From positions 22,464-86,463 of the IMG/VR virus record IMGVR_UViG_3300035698_006348: 64,000 nt of DNA; one strand, given 5' to 3'. Positions within the stretch are counted from its first letter, which is position 1, and each line of letters begins with the position of its first letter. The translations under genes were made by a program, and so were the position numbers. Source of the stretch: a virus. Below are positions 27,391 to 36,361 of the stretch, in pieces. Under the pieces are notes generated by a model. That model saw nothing but the letters and a program-made list of their open reading frames with translations, ran no database searches and was not told the DNA's origin.

Positions 27391-27504
27391 AATATTTGTT
27401 GTTACTCGATATACAACTAAAATAAGATCAAGTTCTAAATGTTTGTTGCTACTTGGTATGCAACTGAAAAAAGGCCAAGTTCAAATATGTAAAGGAGCTT
27501 TATA

Positions 27505-27957
27505 ATGGATAACGGAAATAATTCTTTTTTTAGTGAGGTTATAAATTTTGGTGAGCTTAGAGATGAAAATGGTAAACTAGTGTACTCATGGCCATACTCT
27601 AAGCGTTGCCCAGATTGTGGGGAAGAAGCAATGGTTGGAGATAAGTGCACCGCTTGTGGAATTGATAACTATCAGGAGAAATGTCCTAAATGTAGTAAAT
27701 GGGTAAACAATAGGCAAATAAAGGAGTTTGGACATTGCACATTCTGTGAAAGGGATATTATTCATAAAAAAAGTAGGGCTACTGCTATTGCATTAGAAAA
27801 AATTAGGATTGATACACTTATAGAGGATGTTAAATTACTTTCTACACGTGATTTAGTTGAATCATTAGATTTAAGTTTAGATTATATAGACCCAGCTAGT
27901 TTAGTGTTTTTAAATGAGCTAAAGGAAAGGATAAAAGGAGGAAATATTGGCAGATAA
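27505..27957 (+). CDS. multi-zinc-ribbon protein
   Basis: CPDC, CTAC, CPKC, CTFC; AAGGAG RBS. Confidence 0.7.
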   Translation: MDNGNNSFFSEVINFGELRDENGKLVYSWPYSKRCPDCGEEAMVGDKCTACGIDNYQEKCPKCSKWVNNRQIKEFGHCTFCERDIIHKKSRATAIALEKIRIDTLIEDVKLLSTRDLVESLDLSLDYIDPASLVFLNELKERIKGGNIGR

Positions 27958-28636
27958 GAGAATTACTATTCCAGACAGTAGAAAGCTTAGAAATCTTAGG
28001 CAATACAAAGATATGTCTGAAGATGAATTTAATGCAGTTATGGAAAAGAAACAGAAGAAAGTGTCTGTAAATAATTCGATGGAATCTCGTATTGAGGATA
28101 AAATCAATACCCTAGCTGTAGACTATGATTTAGACGACCTAAATGCCAATGATATTATGATGCTTAGGGCTTTAGTACAAGCACTTATAAGTCTGGAAGA
28201 TTATGAGATAGAAATTTATAAACTTAGGGGAGAAGGAATTAATATTGGTAATATTGCTGTACTAGAAAAATTATCTAGGGTTTCTTCTGATTTACGTGCA
28301 GATATTAGCAAGTTTCAAACAGATTTAAATATAACAAGAAAATATAGAGCTTCCGATAAAGCAGAGTCAGTTGTAAAGGAATTAGAAACTCTAACGAAAA
28401 AAGCAAGAAAATTCTATAAAGAAAAAATGTCTTATGTTTTATGTCCAGAATGTAATATGTTACTTGCAACAATCTGGGTACACTATCCAGAAGTAAATAA
28501 TAAACTAACCTTTATCTGTAATAGATTACTTGATGAGGATGGTAATAGATGTGGACATAAATTTTCTGTTACTACTAAAGAACTAATGGAAAAACATGGT
28601 GTGAATGTTGACCATTTTCCAGAGAGTATGAAATGA
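27947..28636 (+). CDS. probable terminase small subunit
   Basis: Helical core ending DLNITRKYR (TerS-like L.LT..R pattern), C-terminal Zn ribbon, AGGAGG+TTG start; no other TerS candidate before TerL. Confidence 0.45.
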   Translation: MADKRITIPDSRKLRNLRQYKDMSEDEFNAVMEKKQKKVSVNNSMESRIEDKINTLAVDYDLDDLNANDIMMLRALVQALISLEDYEIEIYKLRGEGINIGNIAVLEKLSRVSSDLRADISKFQTDLNITRKYRASDKAESVVKELETLTKKARKFYKEKMSYVLCPECNMLLATIWVHYPEVNNKLTFICNRLLDEDGNRCGHKFSVTTKELMEKHGVNVDHFPESMK

Positions 28637-28893
28637 GTGATTTTATCTTTTTACATATAGGGTATTTTTTCTTTGGAATGATTATTGGTATAGTCCTGGC
28701 CTCTTTAAAAAATAAACAAAGTAGGCATTATGTAGTTAGACCGAAGAAACCAAATAAGCCTCCTAAAGTTCCAGCATATCCACAAGTAGGTAAAAATTGG
28801 ATATTTTTTAATCCGACTGGTTCCTATGATGATGATCCATTTGTAGTGCAAGATAAAAGTATAAAGAGGTATAAAATTGGAAAAGGAAAATAA
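28633..28893 (+). CDS. hypothetical membrane-anchored protein
   Basis: N-terminal TM helix, Pro/Lys-rich linker. Confidence 0.55.
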   Translation: MSDFIFLHIGYFFFGMIIGIVLASLKNKQSRHYVVRPKKPNKPPKVPAYPQVGKNWIFFNPTGSYDDDPFVVQDKSIKRYKIGKGK

Positions 28894-29860
28894 AACAGCA
28901 GTAATTACTGGTGTTTATGGGCAAGATGGTAGTTACTTAGCAGAGTATCTTCTATCACTCAACTACACAGTATATGGAGTATCTAGACCAAAACATACTG
29001 GATACATTCCAGAGTATATGTATAAAATATTGGAGCATGAGAATTTTAAAAGTGTATCAATTGATGTAATTGATGCTGGGGCTGTATTTGGAATTGTAAA
29101 TCAGATAAAACCTGATGAGTATTATAATTTGGCTGCTATCTCATTTATTCCTATTTCTTGGGATAATCCATCCTTAGTTTTGAATATAAATACAATTGGC
29201 ACACTAAATGCTTTAGAGGCAATAAGAACTTGTTCACCAAATACTAAGTTCTATCAAGCTAGTTCTAGTGAGATGTTTGGAAACTCTAGAGATGTTCCAC
29301 AACATGAAAATACACCAATGAATCCAGAAAGTCCTTATGCAATTTCAAAGGTAACTGGACATAATTATACAAATAACTATAAAGATAGTTATGGAATCTT
29401 TGCTGTATCTGGATTAGCATTTAATCATGAGTCTCCACGTAGACGGAAGGAGTTTGTTACTAGAAAGATTACAAATGCTGTGGTTAGAATAAAAGCTGGT
29501 TTACAAGATAAATTATTTTTAGGGAATATTTCTGCTAAACGTGATTGGGGTTTTTCAGGGGATTACGTAAAAGCAATGTGGCTTATGCTACAAAATAGTG
29601 AGCCAACAGATTTTGTGATTGGAACAGGTATTGATTATTCTGTCGAAGATTTCTGTAAAGAAGCCTTTAGCTATGTAAATTTAGACTATACTAAATATGT
29701 AGAAATTGACGAAAAGTATATTAGACCTGTAGATGTTCAACGATTGTTGGCAGACCCCTCTATGATTGAACAACGATTGAATTGGGTGTCTATTATTGGC
29801 TTTAGTGATCTTGTTTCTATGATGATGGAGCACGATAAAAGTTTAGTAGGGTTACATTAG
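28877..29860 (+). CDS. gmd: GDP-mannose 4,6-dehydratase
   Basis: ITGVYGQDGSYLAE, YQASSSEMFG, SPYAISK, FNHESPRR..FVTRKIT, RDWG. Confidence 0.95.
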   Translation: MEKENKTAVITGVYGQDGSYLAEYLLSLNYTVYGVSRPKHTGYIPEYMYKILEHENFKSVSIDVIDAGAVFGIVNQIKPDEYYNLAAISFIPISWDNPSLVLNINTIGTLNALEAIRTCSPNTKFYQASSSEMFGNSRDVPQHENTPMNPESPYAISKVTGHNYTNNYKDSYGIFAVSGLAFNHESPRRRKEFVTRKITNAVVRIKAGLQDKLFLGNISAKRDWGFSGDYVKAMWLMLQNSEPTDFVIGTGIDYSVEDFCKEAFSYVNLDYTKYVEIDEKYIRPVDVQRLLADPSMIEQRLNWVSIIGFSDLVSMMMEHDKSLVGLH

Positions 29861-29873
29861 AAAGGAAAGGATT

Positions 29874-30779
29874 ATGAAGAACGTATTGCTTATTGCAGGT
29901 GGAAGACGAGTTGATCTTGGAAGACGCTTTGAACAAGCTGGTTATACTCCTATATTTTATGAATTATGTTCTACTGCACCAGTTTCTACTTATTTCAGAA
30001 CTGTAAAAGGTTTGAAATGGGATGATAAGAAAATTTACTGGGATATTGAAGATACAATTAAACGCTTTAATCCAAGTTTTGTATTTCCATTACAGGATGC
30101 TGCAATTCCTATCTTGGCTAGAATAAAACAAAGAGGCTACGATAATATTATTGTATCTGATGAAAAGACTGCTAATATTTGTACTGATAAACAATCTTTT
30201 GAAACCTTTATGTTAAGTAATTTTCCGTTTATTTACCCGTATCCAGAAGTACATAAGAAAATGATTGTGAAACCAAGATTTGGTTATGGATCAAGGGGAA
30301 TTACAATAGAGGAGTCTCCAGAGCTTATAGTTCAACATAATAAAGTATGTCAGAGATTTGTAGAGGGTGTGGAATATTCAGTTGATGCTTATTTTGATAA
30401 AAAGAATTCTTATGTAGATTCAGTACCTAGAATAAGAAATATAATTGGAAGGGGAGAAGTTGTTTCTAGTACTACAAAAGAAAATAAGCTCTTACAGTAC
30501 TACGTAAAAGAAGTTGGAAGGAAACTTCAATTATATGGTCCAATTAATTTTCAGTTTATTGTAGGAAAGGGAGCACCAGCCCTAATAGAGATAAATGCTA
30601 GGTTTGGTGGTGGGATGACACTCTCTATGGAAGCAGGATTAGATATTATTAAGTTACTAGAAATTGATCGTGGATTATCAAAAGAATGTTATAGTGTTGA
30701 TAAATGGAGGAAAGGCTTAACAGTGGAAAGATCATATCAAGACCACTTCTTTACTGAGCCTTGTACTCTAATGGGATAA
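29874..30779 (+). CDS. ATP-grasp amide ligase (PylC/CarB-like, polysaccharide-cluster type)
   Basis: LLIAGGRRV N-terminus, ICTDK, KPRFGYGSRG, EYSVD, NFQF, EINARFGGG. Confidence 0.85.
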   Translation: MKNVLLIAGGRRVDLGRRFEQAGYTPIFYELCSTAPVSTYFRTVKGLKWDDKKIYWDIEDTIKRFNPSFVFPLQDAAIPILARIKQRGYDNIIVSDEKTANICTDKQSFETFMLSNFPFIYPYPEVHKKMIVKPRFGYGSRGITIEESPELIVQHNKVCQRFVEGVEYSVDAYFDKKNSYVDSVPRIRNIIGRGEVVSSTTKENKLLQYYVKEVGRKLQLYGPINFQFIVGKGAPALIEINARFGGGMTLSMEAGLDIIKLLEIDRGLSKECYSVDKWRKGLTVERSYQDHFFTEPCTLMG

Positions 30780-30793
30780 ACGAAAGGAGTTTT

Positions 30794-31231
30794 ATGTTTA
30801 CTTATACAGAAAATAGGAAATTAATTGGATATGCTTATGTTTGTGGAGATATTCTCCATTATGGGCATGTGCTCCATTTACAAAACTGTAGAGCTTTATG
30901 TGATAAGTTAATAGTTGGCGTTCTAACAGATGAAGCTATTATGGAAAAGAAACAGAAGCCAATTATCGGATTACGAGATAGAATGGAAATGGTTGAACTA
31001 CTTCCATATGTAGATATTGTAGTACCACAGAATGATTATTCACCTATATATAATATATGTGATATTGGTGTAGATGTTTTATTTGAAAGTACAAGTCATT
31101 CAAAAGAAGATTTAAAAGAAACATTTGATATCGCTAAAAAGAAAGGAATCAAAGTAAGAGTAATGCCTTATTATCCTAATAACAGTTCAACAGAAATAAA
31201 GGAGAAAATTAAATCTGAATGGAAGAAGTAA
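30794..31231 (+). CDS. HxGH cytidylyltransferase (TagD/GCT-like)
   Basis: GDILHYGHV, LIVGVLTDEAI, YYPNNSSTEIK. Confidence 0.88.
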   Translation: MFTYTENRKLIGYAYVCGDILHYGHVLHLQNCRALCDKLIVGVLTDEAIMEKKQKPIIGLRDRMEMVELLPYVDIVVPQNDYSPIYNICDIGVDVLFESTSHSKEDLKETFDIAKKKGIKVRVMPYYPNNSSTEIKEKIKSEWKK

Positions 31232-31629
31232 AGAGAGCAAGTTCAGCACTAAAAAGTATTATCTGGAGAGTTATGGGAGTTATTGTTTTAGCTACCATTA
31301 CATATCTTGTTACTAGACAATGGATTGTTACCACGTATATAACCGTTGTACATCATGCCACATTTCTGTTAGTTTTCTATCTGCATGATAGAGCATGGAT
31401 GAAGTTTAAAAAAGATATTGGGTACTGGCGAAATGTTATTAAAGCCTTTACATACGAAGTTATATTGGGAATGGGTATAGGTGGGTCTATTGTTTATTTA
31501 TTCACAGGTAGTTGGTCTAGTGTAACACTTATCACACCTATTTACACTGTTGTCAAAATAGTTATGTATTTCTTTTACGATAGGATTTGGGATGGAAAAA
31601 ATAGATCAATTAAGAACATTAGTAAGTAG
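31219..31629 (+). CDS. DUF2061-like membrane protein (two repeats)
   Basis: KSIIWRV...FYLHDRAW and KAFTYEV...YFFYDRIW tandem repeats. Confidence 0.65.
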   Translation: MEEVKRASSALKSIIWRVMGVIVLATITYLVTRQWIVTTYITVVHHATFLLVFYLHDRAWMKFKKDIGYWRNVIKAFTYEVILGMGIGGSIVYLFTGSWSSVTLITPIYTVVKIVMYFFYDRIWDGKNRSIKNISK

Positions 31630-32134
31630 AACAGCTGAGTTTCTTATTAAAAATGGCATTGACTATTGGGCAGATTTTGGAACTTTGCTAGGTTTATACA
31701 GAGATGATGATATTATCCCGTGGGATACAGATGCTGATATTTCTTTAGAAGATATTTGGCTTCCATATTTTATGCATATAAAAGATAAACTTGAGAGAAA
31801 GACCGGTTTTATAGTAAAAGGTAGTACAGAAGTTAGGGTCGTGTTTGAGGAGTCATTTCTAGATTTATATTTTTGGCACTTTGATAAAGATAAAATATTA
31901 GGTTACAATATAAATAAAGGATTTGAACATTTTAATAATAGACTAGCTGTAGATCGTAATCATATCAATGAACTACCTAAAGTATTTGAATGGAAAAATA
32001 AACAGAAAATTCTATTCCCATCTAATCCAGAGGGTAGACTTATACAATTATACGGTAAAGATTTTATGAAGCCAGATAAAACAATTAACTATTGGTCTTG
32101 GAAGAACTATTATGCTAGGAGTAGAAATAAATGA
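31592..32134 (+). CDS. LicD family phosphotransferase
   Basis: YWADFGTLLG.YR...IIPWDTDADI, LDLY, P.NPE..L..LYG.DFM.P. Confidence 0.88.
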   Translation: MEKIDQLRTLVSRTAEFLIKNGIDYWADFGTLLGLYRDDDIIPWDTDADISLEDIWLPYFMHIKDKLERKTGFIVKGSTEVRVVFEESFLDLYFWHFDKDKILGYNINKGFEHFNNRLAVDRNHINELPKVFEWKNKQKILFPSNPEGRLIQLYGKDFMKPDKTINYWSWKNYYARSRNK

Positions 32135-32424
32135 GTGATACCATTGGAAGTCTTATAGATAAACTAATAACAGTAGATATGAAATTGTGGGATTCTCAAG
32201 ATAAAGTTTATAAATTACGTAAAATGACAGAGGACGAATTTAAAGAATTGTTCACAAACAGTCCTGATGAAATATTGGGATTTTGGAAGATATTAAATAA
32301 AGCAACTAATTTAAATGTACAAAGAAATGATTTGATTGAAGAAATTGACACGTTGCTTGTTGAAATGGGAAAGAGTGGGGCTGATGTTAGCAAATACATA
32401 CAGAAAGCCCATAAAACTTATTAA
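32131..32424 (+). CDS. small helical protein (DUF4254/DUF6165-like)
   Basis: TIGSLIDKL...LW..QD...LNVQRNDLIEEID. Confidence 0.5.
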   Translation: MSDTIGSLIDKLITVDMKLWDSQDKVYKLRKMTEDEFKELFTNSPDEILGFWKILNKATNLNVQRNDLIEEIDTLLVEMGKSGADVSKYIQKAHKTY

Positions 32425-32433
32425 GGAGTTAGT

Positions 32434-32871
32434 ATGAATAATGAAACAAATCTCATAGTTTTTGTTAATAATACTCATGAGTTGGCGTTGTATGAAAAAT
32501 TCTTTAGTGCTTTTGAGCATGTATTTATTCTTGCGAGTGAATATGTATATTGGCCAGTTGTTAAAAAGTATAAACATAGTAAAGGAAGTATTAGTGTATA
32601 TGGGTTTGATAATAATATTGATATGGTAACTACAATCTTTACAGGATATAAATCAAATGCATTTTATGTTATTAGAGAGCATGTTGATGTAGAAATAATT
32701 TCAAAGATTAAACAAAGAGGAAATAAGTTAGATAAATACTTATGTTTATATGGTAATAAGGTTTCAGGGTTTACTAAACAAAGTAAAGAAATTAACGGAA
32801 AGGAGTTATTTGAATGTATAAAATCAACGTCTACGAACCGACAATCTCGGGCGAAGAAATCAAAAAGGTAA
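32434..32871 (+). CDS. hypothetical protein
   Basis: AAGGAG RBS, 145 aa. Confidence 0.6.
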   Translation: MNNETNLIVFVNNTHELALYEKFFSAFEHVFILASEYVYWPVVKKYKHSKGSISVYGFDNNIDMVTTIFTGYKSNAFYVIREHVDVEIISKIKQRGNKLDKYLCLYGNKVSGFTKQSKEINGKELFECIKSTSTNRQSRAKKSKR

Positions 32872-33941
32872 CAGCCGCAATAGATAGAAATGAAATAGCG
32901 ATTGGCAAAGACTTAGATTTTGTTAGAACAGTTTTAACAACTTTAACTAATTCCTCTTTTATTATTCCAGTAAATAGTGGAACAGCCGCTACACATCTTT
33001 TAGCAAAAGCTTTACAACTAAGAATGCCAAATAAAAGAATACGATTGGCAGTACCAAACAATGTTTTTGTAGCCGCTTGGAATAGTTTTTTATACGAAGA
33101 TATATTTGACTTTTTTGTTGTAGATGCAGACCCATTTACTTGGAATATTGATGTAGATCAACTTGTTTCTAATAGAGAAAACTATGACGCTGTGCTAGTT
33201 GTACATAATCTAGGTAATATAATAAATGTACCAGAACTAAAAAGAATGCTTCCAGATAAGTTATTTGTTGAAGATAACTGTGAGGGATTTGCAGGTATGT
33301 ACGAAGGATTTTTTACTCCTAGTGCTTCTTTAGCTGGTTCAATTTCCTTTTATGGGAATAAACTAATTACAAGTGGTGAAGGTGGGGCATTTGCAACAAA
33401 TGACCCAGAGTTATTTAGAGAGATTCATAAGATTGTTGGTCAAGGGCAGAGTAATGTTAAGTTTATTCATCAGTGTCTTGGTTACAATTATAGAATGAGT
33501 AATTTACAGGCTGCTTTTTTATCTGGGCAACTTAGTATTTTACCACAGTCACTTGGTAGAAAGAAAGAAATAATGGCAAGATATTACGAGAATTTAGCAG
33601 ATACTTTTGGGGAACAACTTGATTATCAGTCACATGCTAATAAAACCTCGTTTAGCAATTGGATGCTAGGTTTTAGATTTCCAAGGCAGTCTACATATTC
33701 AACAGCAAATGCCTTTTTTGATGATAAGGGTATAGAAACTAGGCCAATGTTTTATCCAATACATTATCATGGACATTTGAGTCATTTTTATGTGAAGAAT
33801 ACAGTTGCTGAACGACTATCAAGAGAATGTGTTATTTTTCCATCACATCCAAATATGACAATGAAAGATGTAGATTATGTTTCTGAACATATTATAAAAT
33901 ATATATCTATACTAAATAGCTCAAAGCTTCCAATGATATAA
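32814..33941 (+). CDS. DegT/DnrJ PLP-dependent sugar aminotransferase, GDP-perosamine synthase-like
   Basis: NSGTAATHL, VEDNCE, SFYGNKLITSGEGGA, GYNYRMSNLQAA, IETRPMFYP, FPSHP. Confidence 0.9.
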   Translation: MYKINVYEPTISGEEIKKVTAAIDRNEIAIGKDLDFVRTVLTTLTNSSFIIPVNSGTAATHLLAKALQLRMPNKRIRLAVPNNVFVAAWNSFLYEDIFDFFVVDADPFTWNIDVDQLVSNRENYDAVLVVHNLGNIINVPELKRMLPDKLFVEDNCEGFAGMYEGFFTPSASLAGSISFYGNKLITSGEGGAFATNDPELFREIHKIVGQGQSNVKFIHQCLGYNYRMSNLQAAFLSGQLSILPQSLGRKKEIMARYYENLADTFGEQLDYQSHANKTSFSNWMLGFRFPRQSTYSTANAFFDDKGIETRPMFYPIHYHGHLSHFYVKNTVAERLSRECVIFPSHPNMTMKDVDYVSEHIIKYISILNSSKLPMI

Positions 33942-33954
33942 AGGAACAGGAAAC

Positions 33955-34599
33955 ATGGCAAATATTTATGAGGTCGATTACAAAGTAATTGAAGATGATA
34001 GACTAGAAGCTTTACCAAGCATTCTATATGCAAAATATAATGATTTAGTACTTGTTAGGAGAAGTATTTTTAACTTCCAAAATAGAGTACTTCCTAAAAT
34101 TAATAATTCAATTGTATTAGAAATTGGGACAGCCTTTTTTGATAGTTATAGATCAAATCCTGTTTATAATTTAGTGGAAGATTTTTATGTTGATGTTCCT
34201 GTTAAAATGCAAGAACAAGGTAATAAATATATTAGCTGTGGATTAGATGATGAAATGGAGTTTGATTTTAATATTGATGCCATAGACTTACAATCAGTTA
34301 TAGCAAATGATTACCTAGATTTTATTCTTGCTTTTGATGTGTTTGAGCATTCTAAATATGTCATGGAATTACCTAAAGTCCTGAGCAATATTTTGAAACC
34401 AGGGGGTATTCTATTTTTTACTGTTCCATTTTATTGTAGAAAACATGATAATAAGAATGATTATTGGAGATTTACTGAGTTAGGTATTAGACAATTATTT
34501 GGTAAGTATTTTGATTTATATATAGAAAAAGTATTATGGAAAGAAAACGATGGGGACACACCAGTACATATTGTAGTAAAGGCAGTAAACAATGTTTAA
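33955..34599 (+). CDS. class I SAM-dependent methyltransferase
   Basis: VLEIG, DFILAFDVFEH, LKPGG.LFFTVPF...H....DYWRFT..G. Confidence 0.85.
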   Translation: MANIYEVDYKVIEDDRLEALPSILYAKYNDLVLVRRSIFNFQNRVLPKINNSIVLEIGTAFFDSYRSNPVYNLVEDFYVDVPVKMQEQGNKYISCGLDDEMEFDFNIDAIDLQSVIANDYLDFILAFDVFEHSKYVMELPKVLSNILKPGGILFFTVPFYCRKHDNKNDYWRFTELGIRQLFGKYFDLYIEKVLWKENDGDTPVHIVVKAVNNV

Positions 34600-35437
34600 T
34601 GTATTAGGATTTTATAATTACTTCGGTAATGGAGATTTATTTAATTCAAAAGAGTTTGTAAGGGACATTGTTGCTAATGTTCCTGCAAAAGAATATTATT
34701 ACTTACATTTAAGAGACCCAAAGTTACTATATGATCTTGAGGGTGTAAAGTATAGTAAACCAAATTATCTATGCCAACCAAATAAACAATTTTACATAGA
34801 GAATAATGAATTATATATTAATACATGGATAGGTTTAGATAGTAAGTATGTCCTACCAGGTATTGGTTGTACACTAAAAAAGAATATAGATTTATATAAT
34901 ATGATTCTTAGTAAAACAGGTGTAAGTTTTAGATTAACCAAACCAGCAGAGAATTATGTACCAACAATAGATTTTGATAGCTTATATTCAGTTGATGGAT
35001 TAATTGGAAATATTCTAATATCAAATGGGCTTGTTTATTCTAGTCAAGCAAAGAACTTTGATTTTACACCAATAATAGACAAGCTATCTGATAATTTTCC
35101 AAATGAGCACTTTGTGCTAACCTCTCCAACAAATTTAAAAAAGGAAAATATTTCTTATACAAATGATTTATTTCCATCATTGATTGGAGCAGATTTAAAT
35201 GAGATAGGCTATCTAAGTACTAGGTCAAAACTAATTATAGGGCGGTCTTCTGGACCATATGGTTTTTGTCAAAATAAACATAACCTATATACTAGCCCTA
35301 AAGACTTTATATCTTTTTGTTACCATAAAAACTGTGCTTCATTTGTACATGATATAAAAACAAATGCAACTATTACACACTCTTCTGCAACAGATGCAGA
35401 GGCAGTTTATAATGTAATTGCATCACATATAAGGTAA
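34592..35437 (+). CDS. GT-B fold glycosyltransferase-like protein (GT9-like)
   Basis: N-terminal GNGD and C-terminal DLNEI.YL.....LIIGRSSGPY resemble heptosyltransferase-like motifs. Confidence 0.55.
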   Translation: MFNVLGFYNYFGNGDLFNSKEFVRDIVANVPAKEYYYLHLRDPKLLYDLEGVKYSKPNYLCQPNKQFYIENNELYINTWIGLDSKYVLPGIGCTLKKNIDLYNMILSKTGVSFRLTKPAENYVPTIDFDSLYSVDGLIGNILISNGLVYSSQAKNFDFTPIIDKLSDNFPNEHFVLTSPTNLKKENISYTNDLFPSLIGADLNEIGYLSTRSKLIIGRSSGPYGFCQNKHNLYTSPKDFISFCYHKNCASFVHDIKTNATITHSSATDAEAVYNVIASHIR

Positions 35438-35443
35438 AGGTAT

Positions 35444-36361
35444 ATGAATAAAAAACTTTTAGTAGGAATAGGTACTTTCGGGCTATTGGAATATACAAAA
35501 CTAGCAATTAAATCAATTAAAGATACAGTAAAGAAAACAGACTATGATATATTACTTATAGTTGGTAAGAATGGGGATGTTGAAACAATAAATTATGCAA
35601 AGGCAAATGGACTAAAACATATAGTCCATACAACTAATAAAGGATTTCCGGCCTCTATAAATGATATGTATGATTATGCTTGGAAAGATAATGCTTATGA
35701 ATATTTGCTTATTATGGGAAATGATGTTATAGCTTATCCATATGCTGTTGATTCAATGGTAGAGGTAGCTGATACCACATTATATGATTGGGTATGCTCA
35801 AGAGAATTTAGTGTGCAAGCTCTTGTAAAAGCATTTCCAGTAACTTCCTCCTATTTTACAGGAAAAGCTTTCAAGTATAAATTTGGAAGTGGCCCATGTT
35901 GGGAATACTTTGATAAGTATAAAGAAAAGATTACAGTTAGCACCTCTGGTATGTCTGATACTCATAACTTAGGGTTATATAAGAAATCAATTTTTGATAA
36001 GGTTGGATATATTGATGTAAATTTCTATCCAGCCTACTTTGAAGATAATGACTTTGCAAGGCGGTCTATGTTAGCAAATGTGAAATCTTGTACAGTTGAT
36101 AATGCTTTTTATTTCCATTTCTGGAGTAGAGTTATAAACGAAGGCTCTGGAGGATCAACTCCAAAATATTTCTCAAATAATCAGCAGTATTATATACAGA
36201 AATGGGGTGGACTCTTTACAAAAGAATTATATGATTTACCATTTAATGGAAATGGGCATACCTTAGATGGAGACATATTTTTAAAATCAGAAATAAAAAT
36301 AACGTCTAGAGAGGATGAACTCAATATAGCTAAATATTGGACACATCTTGGGAGTGGTTAA
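35444..36361 (+). CDS. GT2 family glycosyltransferase
   Basis: NKGFPASIN, LIMGNDV, FDKVGYID.NFYPAYFEDNDF..R, YIQKWGG. Confidence 0.88.
   Translation: MNKKLLVGIGTFGLLEYTKLAIKSIKDTVKKTDYDILLIVGKNGDVETINYAKANGLKHIVHTTNKGFPASINDMYDYAWKDNAYEYLLIMGNDVIAYPYAVDSMVEVADTTLYDWVCSREFSVQALVKAFPVTSSYFTGKAFKYKFGSGPCWEYFDKYKEKITVSTSGMSDTHNLGLYKKSIFDKVGYIDVNFYPAYFEDNDFARRSMLANVKSCTVDNAFYFHFWSRVINEGSGGSTPKYFSNNQQYYIQKWGGLFTKELYDLPFNGNGHTLDGDIFLKSEIKITSREDELNIAKYWTHLGSG

Noticed and set aside
26916-27480. tmRNA, RNase P or SRP RNA identity for the structured region
   Set aside because: No tRNA-Ala-like ends or credible tag peptide, no GAGGAAAGUCC core, no SRP helix-8 motif in the right order
27435-27650. Minus-strand 71-aa ORF near the ncRNA region
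   Set aside because: Antisense to a well-supported + strand gene; no RBS or motif
28877-36361. Host chromosomal O-antigen locus or chimeric assembly
   Set aside because: Genes overlap seamlessly with phage genes on both sides, share composition, and lack wzx/wzy or ABC export genes; read-level confirmation is still advisable
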